A stretch of DNA of 64,000 nt from contig CM119371.1 of assembly GCA_051294905.1 (NCBI GenBank), forward strand, positions 9,798,001-9,862,000, read 5' to 3'. Below are positions 55,101 through 63,723 of this stretch, piece by piece. Made by a program: the position numbers and the translations under genes. Each line of letters begins with the position of its first letter. Positions within the stretch are counted from its first letter, which is position 1. The notes under the pieces were generated by a model. It ran no database searches. It had not been told where the DNA came from and saw nothing but the letters and a program-made list of their open reading frames with translations. The DNA comes from Botryllus schlosseri. Its lineage: Eukaryota.

Positions 55101-58100
55101 TTAAGAATCACTGATTTAGAGTATAGAATACTAACCTACAGATAGATACGCAACTCCCGTCGTTACGCTCGGGCAAGCAGTTGGACTTGTTGCTGAGCAA
55201 TCTAAAAGTACGGTTACCATACGTCCTTTTTAAAAGGATTTTGTCCTCTTTTTTGACTTTTTTGAAAGTGTCCTCGGAGGACGCCATTTTGTCCCATTTT
55301 TTGAGATTTTTGACTCTTTTTAAGAATTTTGGTCATATTTATAGCAAACTGCGACTGATATGCCGTAAATCAGCTCCAAAGTGACGCTCCGGTGGGTATT
55401 CCGGGAGCCAGGCGGGAAGTTGACCTTTTTTTTATTTTAGTCAACCGATCTTAAAGTGGAAAAAGTTGACCGTTTTTTGATAATTCTTCTCAGGTTTTAC
55501 AAGTCTGAAAATTCTGAAAAAGTTTCCTCTTTTCAGATATCCAAAATATGGTAACCCTATCTAAAAGGAGCATAATAGATGGTTTTATAGCTTGCGACCC
55601 TTGTGCTGAAATTTAATGAAACTTGTCCTAATTGACAGCTACTGTCGCTCTCATTCCAAAAATACGAATTGAAATCGCGTCAGGGAAATGGAACCACCTA
55701 AGATCAACCCTGAAAGTTTTGAAATCGGCATTGTTTCAATTATGCTTTCAGATTGCTCAGCAAGAAGTGTAACTGCTTGCTACAGCGTAGCGACGGGAGT
55801 TGCGTATCCATCCGTAGGTTAGTAATGTATATTTAGAGCACATATAGGTACAAGTTAATTCGAGGAAATGTTAAATCAGGGGTCGCCAACTCAAAACGGG
55901 TCGCGGGCCACTTTTCAAATTTCGTAGCCGCCGCGGGCCGCATTAATTCAATATCGATATAAAGTGGGCAACCACTTTTAAAACTATACGTCAGTACAAC
56001 GCTGTGCTACCTAACATAGGCGATGGGTATAGTGACCAAAAAGTAATATTTTATTATAGGAATAAAAATACAACTAAGGATCACTGTCATCAATTTTATT
56101 TTATTTTGAACTCCGAGCTGTGCACGATACCTGCAAACGCTTTTCAGGGCTAGCGATATACTTAACTAGTTGAAAGACCATCCCCACTTGATGCTTAATC
56201 TTGTGGGTACAAGGCTTAAGCCAGTGGTTCTCAAACCTTTTTAGACATGCCCCCATTTATTATACTGAAAAATTTCGCGCCTCCTTATCGTCATATCACA
56301 AAATGCATCCACAATGCTAGCAACAGGTAGTTTGATGGCATGGAAGGTTATGAATGTTGATGAGAGAATTCTATGATATGAATTCCGGATTATACACAGA
56401 GTAGTACAGTAACTATAAATATGAAATCGAAGCAAATCGCAGCTCCGCCCCTCTTTATCTGCTTTCGCGGCCCTATAGGCGGACGCACCCTCAGTTTTAG
56501 AGCCACTGCCCTAAGCCGTTTTCTAAGCGTCTCGGTATTGGCAGTGTTTGGGCCACTGCACGCCAATGTTAGCATTTCAAAATCTTTTTTATCATTCTTC
56601 CAAAATCTCAAATCATGTCGCGGGCGGCAAAATATGACCTGACAAGCCACATGCGGCCCGCGGGCCGCGTGTTGGTGACCCCTGTGTTAAATCAAGTGAC
56701 AATCCCGGTGATTGAATTTATGACAGACAAATGGATATGGTTCCTCGGCTCTGAAGACTTTGTCATATCGTACCACTCGTCTACCTTGCATGTCGCATTT
56801 CACTGTTACATTTTTGTAGTGTTATGTTGATATGTAATGTATACGAATAAAGATTCTCTCTCTCTCTATAGTTAGAGCTAGCATGAAAGATCTTAAAAAT
56901 ATTTTGTAACAAAGTGCTGTTTAACGTTGTTTTCTCGCTGACCTCCTATGTTTGAAAACAAAACAACAGTGGTTCCCAACCTTTTTGTTGTCACGGACAG
57001 CTTTCGTCAAATTAATTCTGCGGACCCCTGCTGAAATTTTGCCTGAAACTCAATTAACACACTATTGACTATTATAATAATTATGCTACTAAACTATTGT
57101 ACAGTGTCTAACTGTTGACGTTGTTGTTGTTGTTGTTGTTGTTTATTAGGGATTCGGGCTCGTTCGTGAACCTCTCTTGCATTGCCGGACTTTGTTCGCT
57201 ACTGCAAGTTAATGTGTGTGCGATGTCTATGAATTGTGTGAAGACTATAGTGATGGAATCGCCCTTAATAGAGGGACGGGCGAATATGGGGAAGGGGGGG
57301 TTCCCCGGGAAAGGGTGAGTTTCTCTCATCTTATGAAAAACTCGCCAGATTTAAATATATTTCTTCTGGCTGCGACCTTGCTAAACCTCTTCGCGTTACG
57401 CATATACCAGAAAAGTAAGTTTAGGAAGTATGCTTCATATTGAAAATGTGGCACGAGAAATTCGATAAACGATGATCCAAGTCTTCTCTGTGATAATACA
57501 AATTCAAAATACTTACATAATTTCCATGGGAGCTAAACATCTCGCGATCGGTTATATAATGCCTGCCTGGTATCATGTCATAGTCAAACCAACCAGATAT
57601 CGAATTTTTAACAGTTAGATCCTGGGAAACGTTGCGCAGCACCATGGCATTGTAATCTAAATATACCAATAATATTGTTCAAATTCCTACAATCATATAA
57701 TTCAAGCTCCCGCTGTTACAATTACGCTCTTTTCGCACTTTCGATCTCGATTAGGAAAAATGTCTTATCAGGCGCGTAGCCGCAGCCGAGAATAAAAGAG
57801 GATGTTTTGTCAACAGAGGATGTTTTGAATTATACCAGATTTTTCGGTCTAATTGTATGCAAAAAGGCTTCCACAACAAGTATCAGATAGTCTCGCCCGA
57901 GTTAACAACTCTATGCGTTTATATCTACATAGCCATGGTCTACTAAAAGATGGCGCCAATGACGTATGCTACGATTGATAGAAGCCTCAATACTTCTTTT
58001 CGTAGGTGCGCTTCTAATTACTGAGAGCGAGTTGCGACATCGACAATCGACAAAACGCCCGTGCAGACTAATATCGTATCAGAACCAGATTCACGAATGT

Positions 58101-61100
58101 TGATATGTGCAGCCGGAATCTGATATATCGTGATAACTTGTGACATGGTTCAGTGCAATGTAACGCCCGCCCGACGTTCCAATCTTTTTTATTTTTGCCC
58201 GTAGCTTACCCACTCAACCAAGTTGTAAGATATAGAACCACAATGGTAGGCTGAGATAACAGCAGAAAGAGATACATAGTTTGCCCTTAATTATCAAAAG
58301 TGAGCAATAGTAGTGTGATCAAGTTACAACACAGCAAGATATCCGGCCATTTCGCGTTCACATAAGAACGCGACCTCGAGTTGGTAATTATATCAGCTCT
58401 CACAAATTATAAAGTGGAATGCGGAATCTCTTATGTATTGATGAAATTGGCGACGAATTAGCTCGGCTGTTGCAATAACAATTGTCCGTATTTGGTACTC
58501 GGGCCTTTAACACATCTCCTGATAGTCATAGTTTAAAATCCGCGCAAAAAACCTCGCTTTTGCTATTAATTGTTCAATGTTCTGTTAACAAATCGACTCT
58601 GCGGATCTTGATTAATTCAAATTGTGCGCCATGAGCTTAGATTCACCATAATATCGTTGGATAATTTGATGTAGGATTTTTGCTATGTTGGGATGGTAAA
58701 GACCAATGTGTGCGCTACAATAGACAATGTCAGTAGCCCGGCTCAATCTCATATTGGCCCAATATTTTCATATCAATCAACTGTTACGTCTAAAATGAAA
58801 ATTTCTGAGGTACTGGTAGCACTAGTTATTATATGAGAATCGTAGTGTGCGCCATATTTTCTCTGCTCACATGCGTAGGTGGAGCCAAACATGGTCAGTG
58901 GTCACTGCAGAAGTGCATACCTTGAAACCTTGAATGAATGTTGATACGGTCTCTTGATGTTTATAAATGACTAGATTTTCATATTTCTTTTTCGAAAAGA
59001 CAGTAGAGTTAAGGCCCCGGTGAGACACAGAGTTGCCTAGCCTCACCTGCCATATAGCGCAATTTATCGAAAATAGCTTTGAATTGATAATCACTTATCA
59101 TAATTTAATGTTAGCATCACTTCGATTCCGGATATCTAAATATTAATCAACCTCTTAAGTATTCGGCGTACATTGCGCTACATACCTAACCTACATTTTT
59201 ACTGCTGTAGCTTACTGCAAAGCTACTTTCCAATCAATAACATGGATAGCAATAATGGCATTGCTTTTAATTTTAATTTGTGATTGGCAATGTCACTTCC
59301 ATAGCAGTTTATTTCTCGGCGTGGATCAGGGAGGAAATTTGAAGACTGCATTGTCAGGCAAGTGTTTTCATGTCTGCTCGTCTCTTCGATCAATTACCGT
59401 ATCAAGCAAAACACGACTTCGAGGTGCACGATGTCGGGTAGGTAGAATTCGCGAGCGATGTTAGTCGTCGGCGCTAAAGTAACTTAATTTTGAGGATTTT
59501 GGAAAGGGAGATATTAGCCCCTAACCATGGATATATATAGAAAAAGACTTTTCGATTAAATAAAAAGGGCAAAAGAAAACAGGAAGCAGAAATACATCAA
59601 GAGAATCAGTTTTGGGCACTTGTTAAGCGCCTCCAGCGTGAGCGGTAGTGGGCATCTTCGAGGGACAGTTCGTGTTGCCCTAGGTCGGTCTCCATTGTCT
59701 AGCGCCATGTGGTTCTATTCCAGCCACTTCTGCGCCACGGCTACGTCGGAATGTGGTTAATGATGGCGGCAACTGGTTGATCGTCTTGATGCCTCACGAG
59801 ATGACCGGTTAGGGGTATACAAAACTCGTTACATTATTGAGCCCGATTTTTCCAAGATGACTTTGTGTCGCGTTCTTCGACGGAGCTGGTATGGCCAGAA
59901 CCTCAGTCTTCTTGGCATTGATCTGGAGGCCAATTAGAGCGGCGGAGGCCTCTAGCTGGTTGATGAGGTGCTGTGCTGATGCAGCATTCGGGTCAAGCAA
60001 GGCGAGGTCGTCTGCGTAAGCAGGAATACCTACGTAGATAGCCTCGCGAGTCGTACGCGTACGCGTTGCTTGCCGTGGCCGCCATTCAAAAAAGTTAGTG
60101 TTGTCCGGGAAGGCTGTGCGTAGCGCGAAGTCAAGGATGACCACGAACTAGAATGGTGCCAGGTTGTCACGTTGAAGCACGCAAGCCGAAGTGGTAAAAT
60201 CTCAGCTTGGGCCATCATCTGTTCGGATTCGTTCTCGTGTGTCAATGTAGAGGGCCATAATGGCGTACGTTATCACCTCAGGAATTCCAAAGAATCTGAG
60301 GATCTTCGCCATGGCTGGGCTCTCTCGCCACTGCTTGGAAGTGTCTTGAACATCTCCGCCTTCGATTTGATACGATCAGGTTTCTTAAATCCACTCCACA
60401 AAGACAGGTGGTGACAAATAGGGTAATAACGCGCAACGCTTCTAACGACACATTTAAGTATGATCGCAACAAATATGACACCAAAGTTGAGAAACAGACT
60501 TTTAATGGATATAAAACGTCCAACCTTGTCATTTTCATTTAGCATCTCATCTTGAATTTATTATGGAATAGTGGTTGTGTATATAACAGAAGAAAATGGA
60601 TCTCTGTAAACATTTCGAAGTCATCGTGATTGACCTTTCTACTTCAACTTCTTATTTTTCCACAAGGTTCAACAAAACATCTCTAAACAGCAATATGTTT
60701 GTATCGGTAGGCCATTAACAATTTAAAGATTGAAATGAGTTTGCACAGCACGATATTTCATCTCAGACGGTAGGTCTGTTAATGTGAGTCCTGGAGCTTT
60801 ACCAGTAATGAAGCAAAACTACCTCGTGATTTTCCTAATTTAAATAAATACAAATTAAGGCGTCAACCATTTTGTAAATATCAAGGTCTTGCGGACACCC
60901 TGTAAATGGTTCGCGGACCCCCGGTTGAGAACCATCGATATAATTTGACCAATATTCTTATGTTCTTTATTCACAGTGAAACTGGTAAAAACACACATGG
61001 GCCGGGAAGGAAGCTGCCCCAAGAGAAAATAGCGAGAATGAAGTAATTGTTTTTTAATTTCAGTAAGGCAGTCAAATTGTTATTCCTATATGAAATACAT

Positions 61101-63499
61101 GAAGAGCTCAGATTACAGAATTGCAATAGATGAAGAATTGGCACGGGCTGCAGAGCAGAGATGAAGATGGATTATTCTTGGCGGGATTGTTCTTTCCAAG
61201 TAGGCTAATGACAATCAGAATGGCATTTGAATTGATAAACTACGGTATATTGCTTTATAGCGAAGCAGGAAGTAGCCTATATCGTTGCGCGTTGCGGGAT
61301 GTAATTGATTGGTGGTTATCACAACATTGGCTTTGACGTTGTTATGTAATGATTTACAGTTGTTTCTTAAAGAAAGCAGAGATGGCGCTAAGTCAAGGTA
61401 AATAAATGTATGAAATTTACACAGAGCGTGATTCGTTTATTGATACTTATATACGTTGTAATTGCTCGTTTTTTGCCACTAATCTCTGGACGATTTGTTC
61501 GTGCTATCTTTTATCAATTCGCATTTTCCGTATATATTAGAGTTTCGAATTTAATTTCACACCCGGACAGATCATCAATTCTCTATGTACCAATTTGCCA
61601 ATCAAATTCAGTTTTCTGCGTTTCGGACAGAATCCCAGGTCAAACATTGTCCGGTAAACGGAAGTCACGAAATTGCTACCTCGATTTTCAAAAACGCTTT
61701 TCTACCAACACTTTTCTATCAGAAGAAATGAAACGAATATGAACATATAAAAAGCTACCAATGGGAGGTGATCCGATCGGGAAGTGATCACTGAAAAGAC
61801 TTTTCAGGTTTCCCCCGAAGCTCTTCAGAAATCGATTAGTAGTTCGATATTTCATTATGGCTCCTGATTGCAACGATACCATTTCCTGCTGACCTTGAAC
61901 ATGCCACACCATCACGTCAGATGCCTGAAAAATTATCGGTAGGATCTAAGTCACACAAGTTGGCATTCATTTTAAGAGCACCGTTCACACTGAAAATACA
62001 TTGTTGTGCATATATGTCGTGATTTCTGGCCAGGAATCTCACGCCGGGAATCTATTGCTATGCAATACCAACATATCTCAGGAACAATTTAACATAAGCC
62101 CAAATTGTGCGTAAGCTTCAAGACATATAAAATATTAACAGATAATTACATTGAAAGTATAGGGATCAATTTACCATACGTTACCATATGCACATAATTC
62201 ATGAATGTAGGGAGGCGTTGCAATAGTTTATTATGAAGATTGGTAATTTAACAGAAATTATTCGGTCGCTTTACCAATAATTCGGATCTATGGATTTAAC
62301 AAATTGTTAAGAAAAAATTTCCATATTCTGGAAACCCGGCGTAATTTATAACTGCTTTGGCACTGCTTCATTCTGATTCTCGGAAAGAGCATTCCGTCAA
62401 GTCCACTTACATTCATTTTGTAATAGCCTTGGCTTTTAAAGTCATCTTGCAAGCACTCACGAACGTGACCAAACGTCACCTTGTTTTCCCAGTTCGTTTT
62501 ACCTGGCAACATAGCGAATATAACCTCAAGAGCCTGTTGGAGGTATAGATCTTCAATATGAAATTGAATGGTGTATTCATATTGAAATGTGACCCGAATA
62601 TTTGACTGACACTCGTCAGGGCACTCAGTGGTAATTGTCAACAATTATAGTAGAGAGTTTGAAAGAGCATTGTACATCAACATTCGTATCACAATATATG
62701 ACCTCACCGGCAAGGAATATTTTATATTCAGGGTGACTAGATTGCCTAATTCAATGTACAATTTTCGATGATACACGGTTACATCGAATAAACTATCAAT
62801 ATTTATCACAAATTTTATTCTAAATATCCTGAAATTTTTAATTACGTACCGTTCGCGTTACCGCGGGTTAAGAACGATTCTTTTCGGCGGTATGATATCG
62901 AATATTATTGCTAAGTCTCGCAATCACAGTATCAATTCTCGATGATATGCTGCGCCATGCAACTACTAGAAAGACTCGCGATTTCACTATTTTATTGCCG
63001 CCTGACCCACATGTCAAAAAGGTTGCACATGCATGCACTGAACCAAACCAGCTATTTGGTATTACTGCCATTTTCTATTACATTTGGGTACGGGAATTTT
63101 CCGTTTAAATTTTAACAGTCAGTCATTGTAAAATTAAATTACGGGCAACAATATTTACGGAAAAACTTTTTCAACTTCACCTTTCCAAGAGTCGCAAAAC
63201 TGCTGCCAGGACCAGGCCAATATTTTGGTATAGAATATATTTTAACACTGCAAGCATTTTTCCAAGTCTTTCGACTGTACGAACTTCACACTGCAACCTT
63301 CATTATAGCTAGTCAATCGAATAATATGTTTGTACTGCACTGTGCATTCTATTAACCCCGCACCTGTATAATGCGAAGACCTGTCCTTGATGTACGTCGA
63401 CCATCTATCATCGTGGGTACATTTTGCAAGTATGTCACTTTCATGGATACTCGCCACCAGTGTCCAACCACCACCATCTGTTTGCATGTCACAATAGAC
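19046..63499 (-). CDS. ITLN: Intelectin-like (X-type lectin, fibrinogen-related) gene, 13 coding exons in window, with a ~237-aa inserted domain; N-terminus incomplete
   Basis: Hand-spliced GT-AG exons with consistent phases give [22 protein letters not shown]...CTHDDRWS...NWENKVTFG...DDFKSQGYY...VWHV...[insert]...VPVTFDDG...GFLQFRAYN...ANALCPGVR...VCVGG...CGDFAGW...STILIFYR*. This is colinear with the human ITLN1 motifs [57 protein letters not shown], CGDF and LLFYR. Confidence 0.9.
19684..19769 (-). CDS. ITLN: Intelectin exon: VTSMQPEYVCVGGVSNDISQFGTCGDFA (phase 2-1)
   Basis: Matches VTGCNTEHHCIGGGG...QCGDFSG; acceptor ttctgtag|, donor CAG|GTATCT. Confidence 0.92.
20224..21165. mobile_element. 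hAT MITE with gtgaac/gttcac subterminal repeats
   Basis: TIR tagggatggtgtgaac/gttcacaccatcccta; TSD gtagattc/ctagattc. Confidence 0.85.
21180..22376 (+). mobile_element. EnSpm/CACTA-like transposon right end with an accessory-ORF exon (21370-21630)
   Basis: Ends in tttttacagtg (CACTGTAAAAA terminus) after acaag/cttgt subterminal repeats. The exon after ttgtttcag| reads DNSASPYPIIHL...FTYALALILSLHWVFNIQFARGANNTLHFL, resembling the SAMD3-like accessory ORF of animal EnSpm elements (recalled, not searched). Confidence 0.6.
22377..24300 (-). mobile_element. CR1/L2-clade LINE, 5' half only (ORF1 plus APE endonuclease of ORF2), frameshifted
   Basis: ORF1 coiled coil plus LEFHGIP and WINNGKVLIRK; ORF2 MHMNVRSL, ITETRL, GGVGIYV, LYRHP, IILGDIN, PTRVT...LLDHI, DHYPI, KPWLTPGIL. 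Cut at the EnSpm terminus; no RT. Confidence 0.9.
24317..25247. mobile_element. hAT MITE with gagtcaagtc subterminal repeats
   Basis: TIR cagtgttgggat/atcccaacactg; same family as 34045-34968 (opposite orientation) and the truncated copy at 36379-36800. Confidence 0.85.
25710..25881 (-). CDS. ITLN: Intelectin exon: AQSDSETVTVPVTFDDGSINKLNEKIPTEMRSLVQSGFLQFRAYNVYGYANALCPGVR (phase 1-2)
   Basis: Matches IPVVYDFGD...[23 protein letters not shown]; acceptor cacactacag|, donor AG|GTAGGT. Confidence 0.95.
26170..26597. mobile_element. hAT-type MITE (sibling of 18519-18968)
   Basis: agggttgcatttaaaac TIRs, near-perfect 8-bp TSD. Confidence 0.8.
27334..28821 (+). mobile_element. Internally deleted hAT (SPIN/GTF2IRD2-like) element, copy 2
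   Basis: Near-identical to 9109-10594, with a different perfect TSD (ccatagaa). Confidence 0.95.
29014..29108 (-). CDS. Inserted-domain exon 7: ESGMNYSQSELDAVADSVLQSVYTYQYELIK (phase 2-1)
   Basis: Acceptor cttactgcag| after a 64-nt intron, donor AAAG|GTATGG. Phase 1 rejoins the intelectin frame at 25881. Confidence 0.85.
29173..29306 (-). CDS. Inserted-domain exon 6: VWNSKHPSKLRRLSESTSSYGYRNAEYIIDGSPARVLFGYVLLSR (phase 0-2)
   Basis: Acceptor attattttacgaag|, donor CG|GTAACT; phase matches the next exon. Confidence 0.8.
29973..30930 (-). mobile_element. Charlie/SPIN-type hAT deletion derivative
   Basis: cattggttcccta...ttgggaatcactg; perfect TSD atttggag; minus-strand relics FQLELLDMQSDIELK and KSNRLTD. 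Confidence 0.8.
31328..32301 (+). mobile_element. Degenerate SPIN-like hAT element
   Basis: ggcccgcggg subterminal motifs; decayed N-terminal transposase segment (KPV...EQVAVFRECNLSR) at ~31790-31860. Confidence 0.6.
32339..32503 (-). CDS. Inserted-domain exon 5: VHSYRIRYENSNITYFEGNTQLGDFQIYFSAIQFYQPNQKLKTECRFHFYVASTK (phase 0-0)
   Basis: Acceptor tttattttacag|, donor AAG|GTTCGT; 165 nt, open in the required phase-0 frame. Confidence 0.85.
32556..33184 (+). mobile_element. MITE sharing termini with the 9109/27334 SPIN-like elements
   Basis: gggctgtcaaacatatggcccgcgg...atccggcccgcgag...agagttcaacacctc. Confidence 0.65.
33333..33395 (-). CDS. Possible in-frame cassette exon: SPTHLFGQYIGFGDRVLPAQY (63 nt, phase 0-0)
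   Basis: Strong acceptor catttcttttag| and donor |GTAAGT. Frame-preserving, but not needed for gene continuity. Confidence 0.4.
34045..34968. mobile_element. hAT MITE (gactcgagtc family) nested in an older related element (~33705-35110)
   Basis: TIR cagtgttgggat; perfect TSD gtggttac. Confidence 0.9.
36800..37452. mobile_element. Charlie-type hAT MITE (caggggtcgccaac family), copy without the nested insertion
   Basis: Homologous to 55877-56684 and 44573-45448; empty ccctaagc site at ~37151. Confidence 0.7.
37668..37770 (-). CDS. Inserted-domain exon 4: FPCGSTYFSSSTPPSTTLIFVRNDNQESSYYRLQ (phase 2-0)
   Basis: Acceptor tttttacctccag|, donor |GTGAGT. The paralog at 1783-1885 has no indels and 4 synonymous differences. 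Confidence 0.85.
38560..39370 (+). mobile_element. Highly degenerate Buster-type hAT transposase fragment
   Basis: Relic motifs SLKRH, IAWNIVEAKK, LALEELTD (cf. LxLDESTD); ends in gttgataacccct. Confidence 0.5.
39741..39764. repeat. (GTCA)n microsatellite
   Basis: Six units; the paralogous site at ~3551 has only gtcagt. Confidence 0.9.
40086..42018. mobile_element. hAT Tip100-like non-autonomous element containing ~200-bp imperfect tandem repeats (~40500-41050)
   Basis: TIR cagtggcggctcgt/acgagccgccactg; perfect TSD ccatgcag. Confidence 0.9.
43166..43361. repeat. ~200-bp hairpin (inverted arms of ~85 bp)
   Basis: aaatttggttcaattccaacc..ggaagcggagtta pairs with taactccgcttcc..ggttggaattgaaccaaattt. 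Confidence 0.85.
44573..45448. mobile_element. Composite Charlie-type MITE with nested MITE at 44883-45180
   Basis: caggggtcaccaac/gttggcgacccctg; perfect TSD gcctatgc. Confidence 0.85.
46120..46830 (+). repeat. Tandem array of four ~180-bp units inside a Charlie-type hAT element (~45510-46890)
   Basis: Units begin atgtttgtatc at ~46122, 46300, 46480, 46658; a single-unit homolog sits at ~60695-60870. Confidence 0.9.
48198..48913 (+). mobile_element. SPIN-like hAT remnant with C-terminal dimerization relic
   Basis: KFYES...KMRK..MALLVLFVSKYIRGQTISTVNISKTRMHANITDVHVQSLPRVS resembles LVLFGSTYICEQTFS...LTDxHL; gggcaac termini. Confidence 0.65.
49330..49385 (-). CDS. Inserted-domain exon 3: VYIRSTRWSGYATYGRNVT (phase 0-2)
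   Basis: Acceptor tttatttatgaag|, donor |GTAAGT. Length and splice sites are conserved in the paralogous copy at 11342-11397. Confidence 0.85.
51455..51720 (-). mobile_element. Decayed DNA-transposase C-terminus, probably Chapaev/CMC-like
   Basis: With stops and a frameshift it reads NFLDDYKAPNYK..ELGTNM.IKVQFLFSHLDIFPE...EEKRFRQVIK..KESYQG..DEHIMADHCWNL, matching the recalled KVHFLHSHLDFFP..GERFHQDI..RYQG..MMADYCW family. Superfamily assignment is from memory. Confidence 0.6.
51815..53788. mobile_element. hAT element with (gactcc)n subterminal repeats; nested Charlie-type element at 52710-53540
   Basis: cagggctgtggagtcgg...ccgactaggaatccctg; TSD ctaggaat/ctagggat. Confidence 0.8.
54162..55113. 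mobile_element. Charlie-type hAT MITE
   Basis: cagtggttcttaacctt/aaggttaagaatcactg; perfect TSD atttagag. Confidence 0.9.
55129..55824. mobile_element. TIR element (~40-bp TIRs) interrupted by a Blackjack-like MITE at 55209-55559
   Basis: tactaacctacagatagatacgcaactcccgtcgttacgct / agcgtagcgacgggagttgcgtatccatccgtaggttagta; the nested MITE has TSD tctaaaag. Confidence 0.8.
55877..56684. mobile_element. Composite Charlie-type MITE with nested MITE at 56222-56508
   Basis: caggggtcgccaac/gttggtgacccctg; perfect TSD tgttaaat. Confidence 0.85.
57113..57330 (-). mobile_element. 3' end of a non-LTR retroelement with (AAC)n tail
   Basis: The minus strand ends in AATAAAC followed by (AAC)n; unique-looking body upstream. 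Confidence 0.5.
57517..57621 (-). CDS. Inserted-domain exon 2: DLTVKNSISGWFDYDMIPGRHYITDREMFSSHGNY (phase 0-0)
   Basis: Acceptor gtttcccag|, perfect donor |GTAAGT, 105 nt open frame in non-repetitive sequence. Confidence 0.8.
58921..58970 (-). CDS. Inserted-domain exon 1: VIYKHQETVSTFIQGFK (phase 1-0; 5' boundary uncertain)
   Basis: Donor AAG|GTATGC. The phase-1 acceptor gaaaatctag| is the simplest join to the previous exon, but other AG options exist upstream (58987, 59046). Confidence 0.55.
59570..60330 (-). mobile_element. RTE-like LINE reverse-transcriptase fragment (pseudogenic)
   Basis: MAKILRFFGIP..IMALY...VLQxDNLAPFxFVVILDFALR...PAYADDLALL...AQHLINQLEASAALIGLQINAKKTEVL; in-frame stops. 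Confidence 0.9.
61759..61924 (-). CDS. ITLN: Intelectin exon: ASDVMVWHVQGQQEMVSLQSGAIMKYRTTNRFLKSFGGNLKSLFSDHFPIGSPPI (phase 0-1)
   Basis: Matches AKDLGIWHVPN...LLRYRTDTGFLQTLGHNLF...YPV; acceptor atttttcag|. The donor G|GTAGCT is plausible but weak. Confidence 0.9.
62411..62502 (-). CDS. ITLN: Intelectin exon: GKTNWENKVTFGHVRECLQDDFKSQGYYKMN (phase 1-0)
   Basis: Matches intelectin [10 protein letters not shown]...[10 protein letters not shown]; acceptor tgttgccag|, donor |GTAAGT. Confidence 0.95.
63364..63499 (-). CDS. ITLN: Intelectin exon: [45 protein letters not shown] (phase 0-1)
   Basis: Fibrinogen-like CDM..[9 protein letters not shown].HE signature; acceptor tttgtgtgcag|, donor G|GTGCGG. 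Confidence 0.95.
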
Positions 63500-63723
63500 C
63501 TGCACACAAAAACTTATCAGACTGCGTCCCTTTTAATTTAATTGCCCTCTCAAACTCACTAAAGTGGAAAGAATTATTCCGAAACATATGTTATAAATTA
63601 TTTACTCTGTCAAATTTAAAATCGTGCCGTTACGTGTGTTCGTTAACTTAACTCGTCGGGCTATATGGGCTGCATGAACATCAGAGTGAAAACACATTGT
63701 GATTGATTTATTAGCCCAAATAC

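Noticed and set aside
59047..59135. Exon-like segment ending in CAG|GTGAGG (…ISDYQFKAIFDKLRYMA)
   Set aside because: From the upstream tttag acceptor all three frames hit stops, so it would need a frameshift. Left unresolved as a possible relic or assembly error.
62503..62644. N-terminal part of the 118-aa ORF 62288-62644
   Set aside because: Intronic read-through; intelectin homology starts exactly at the acceptor at 62502.
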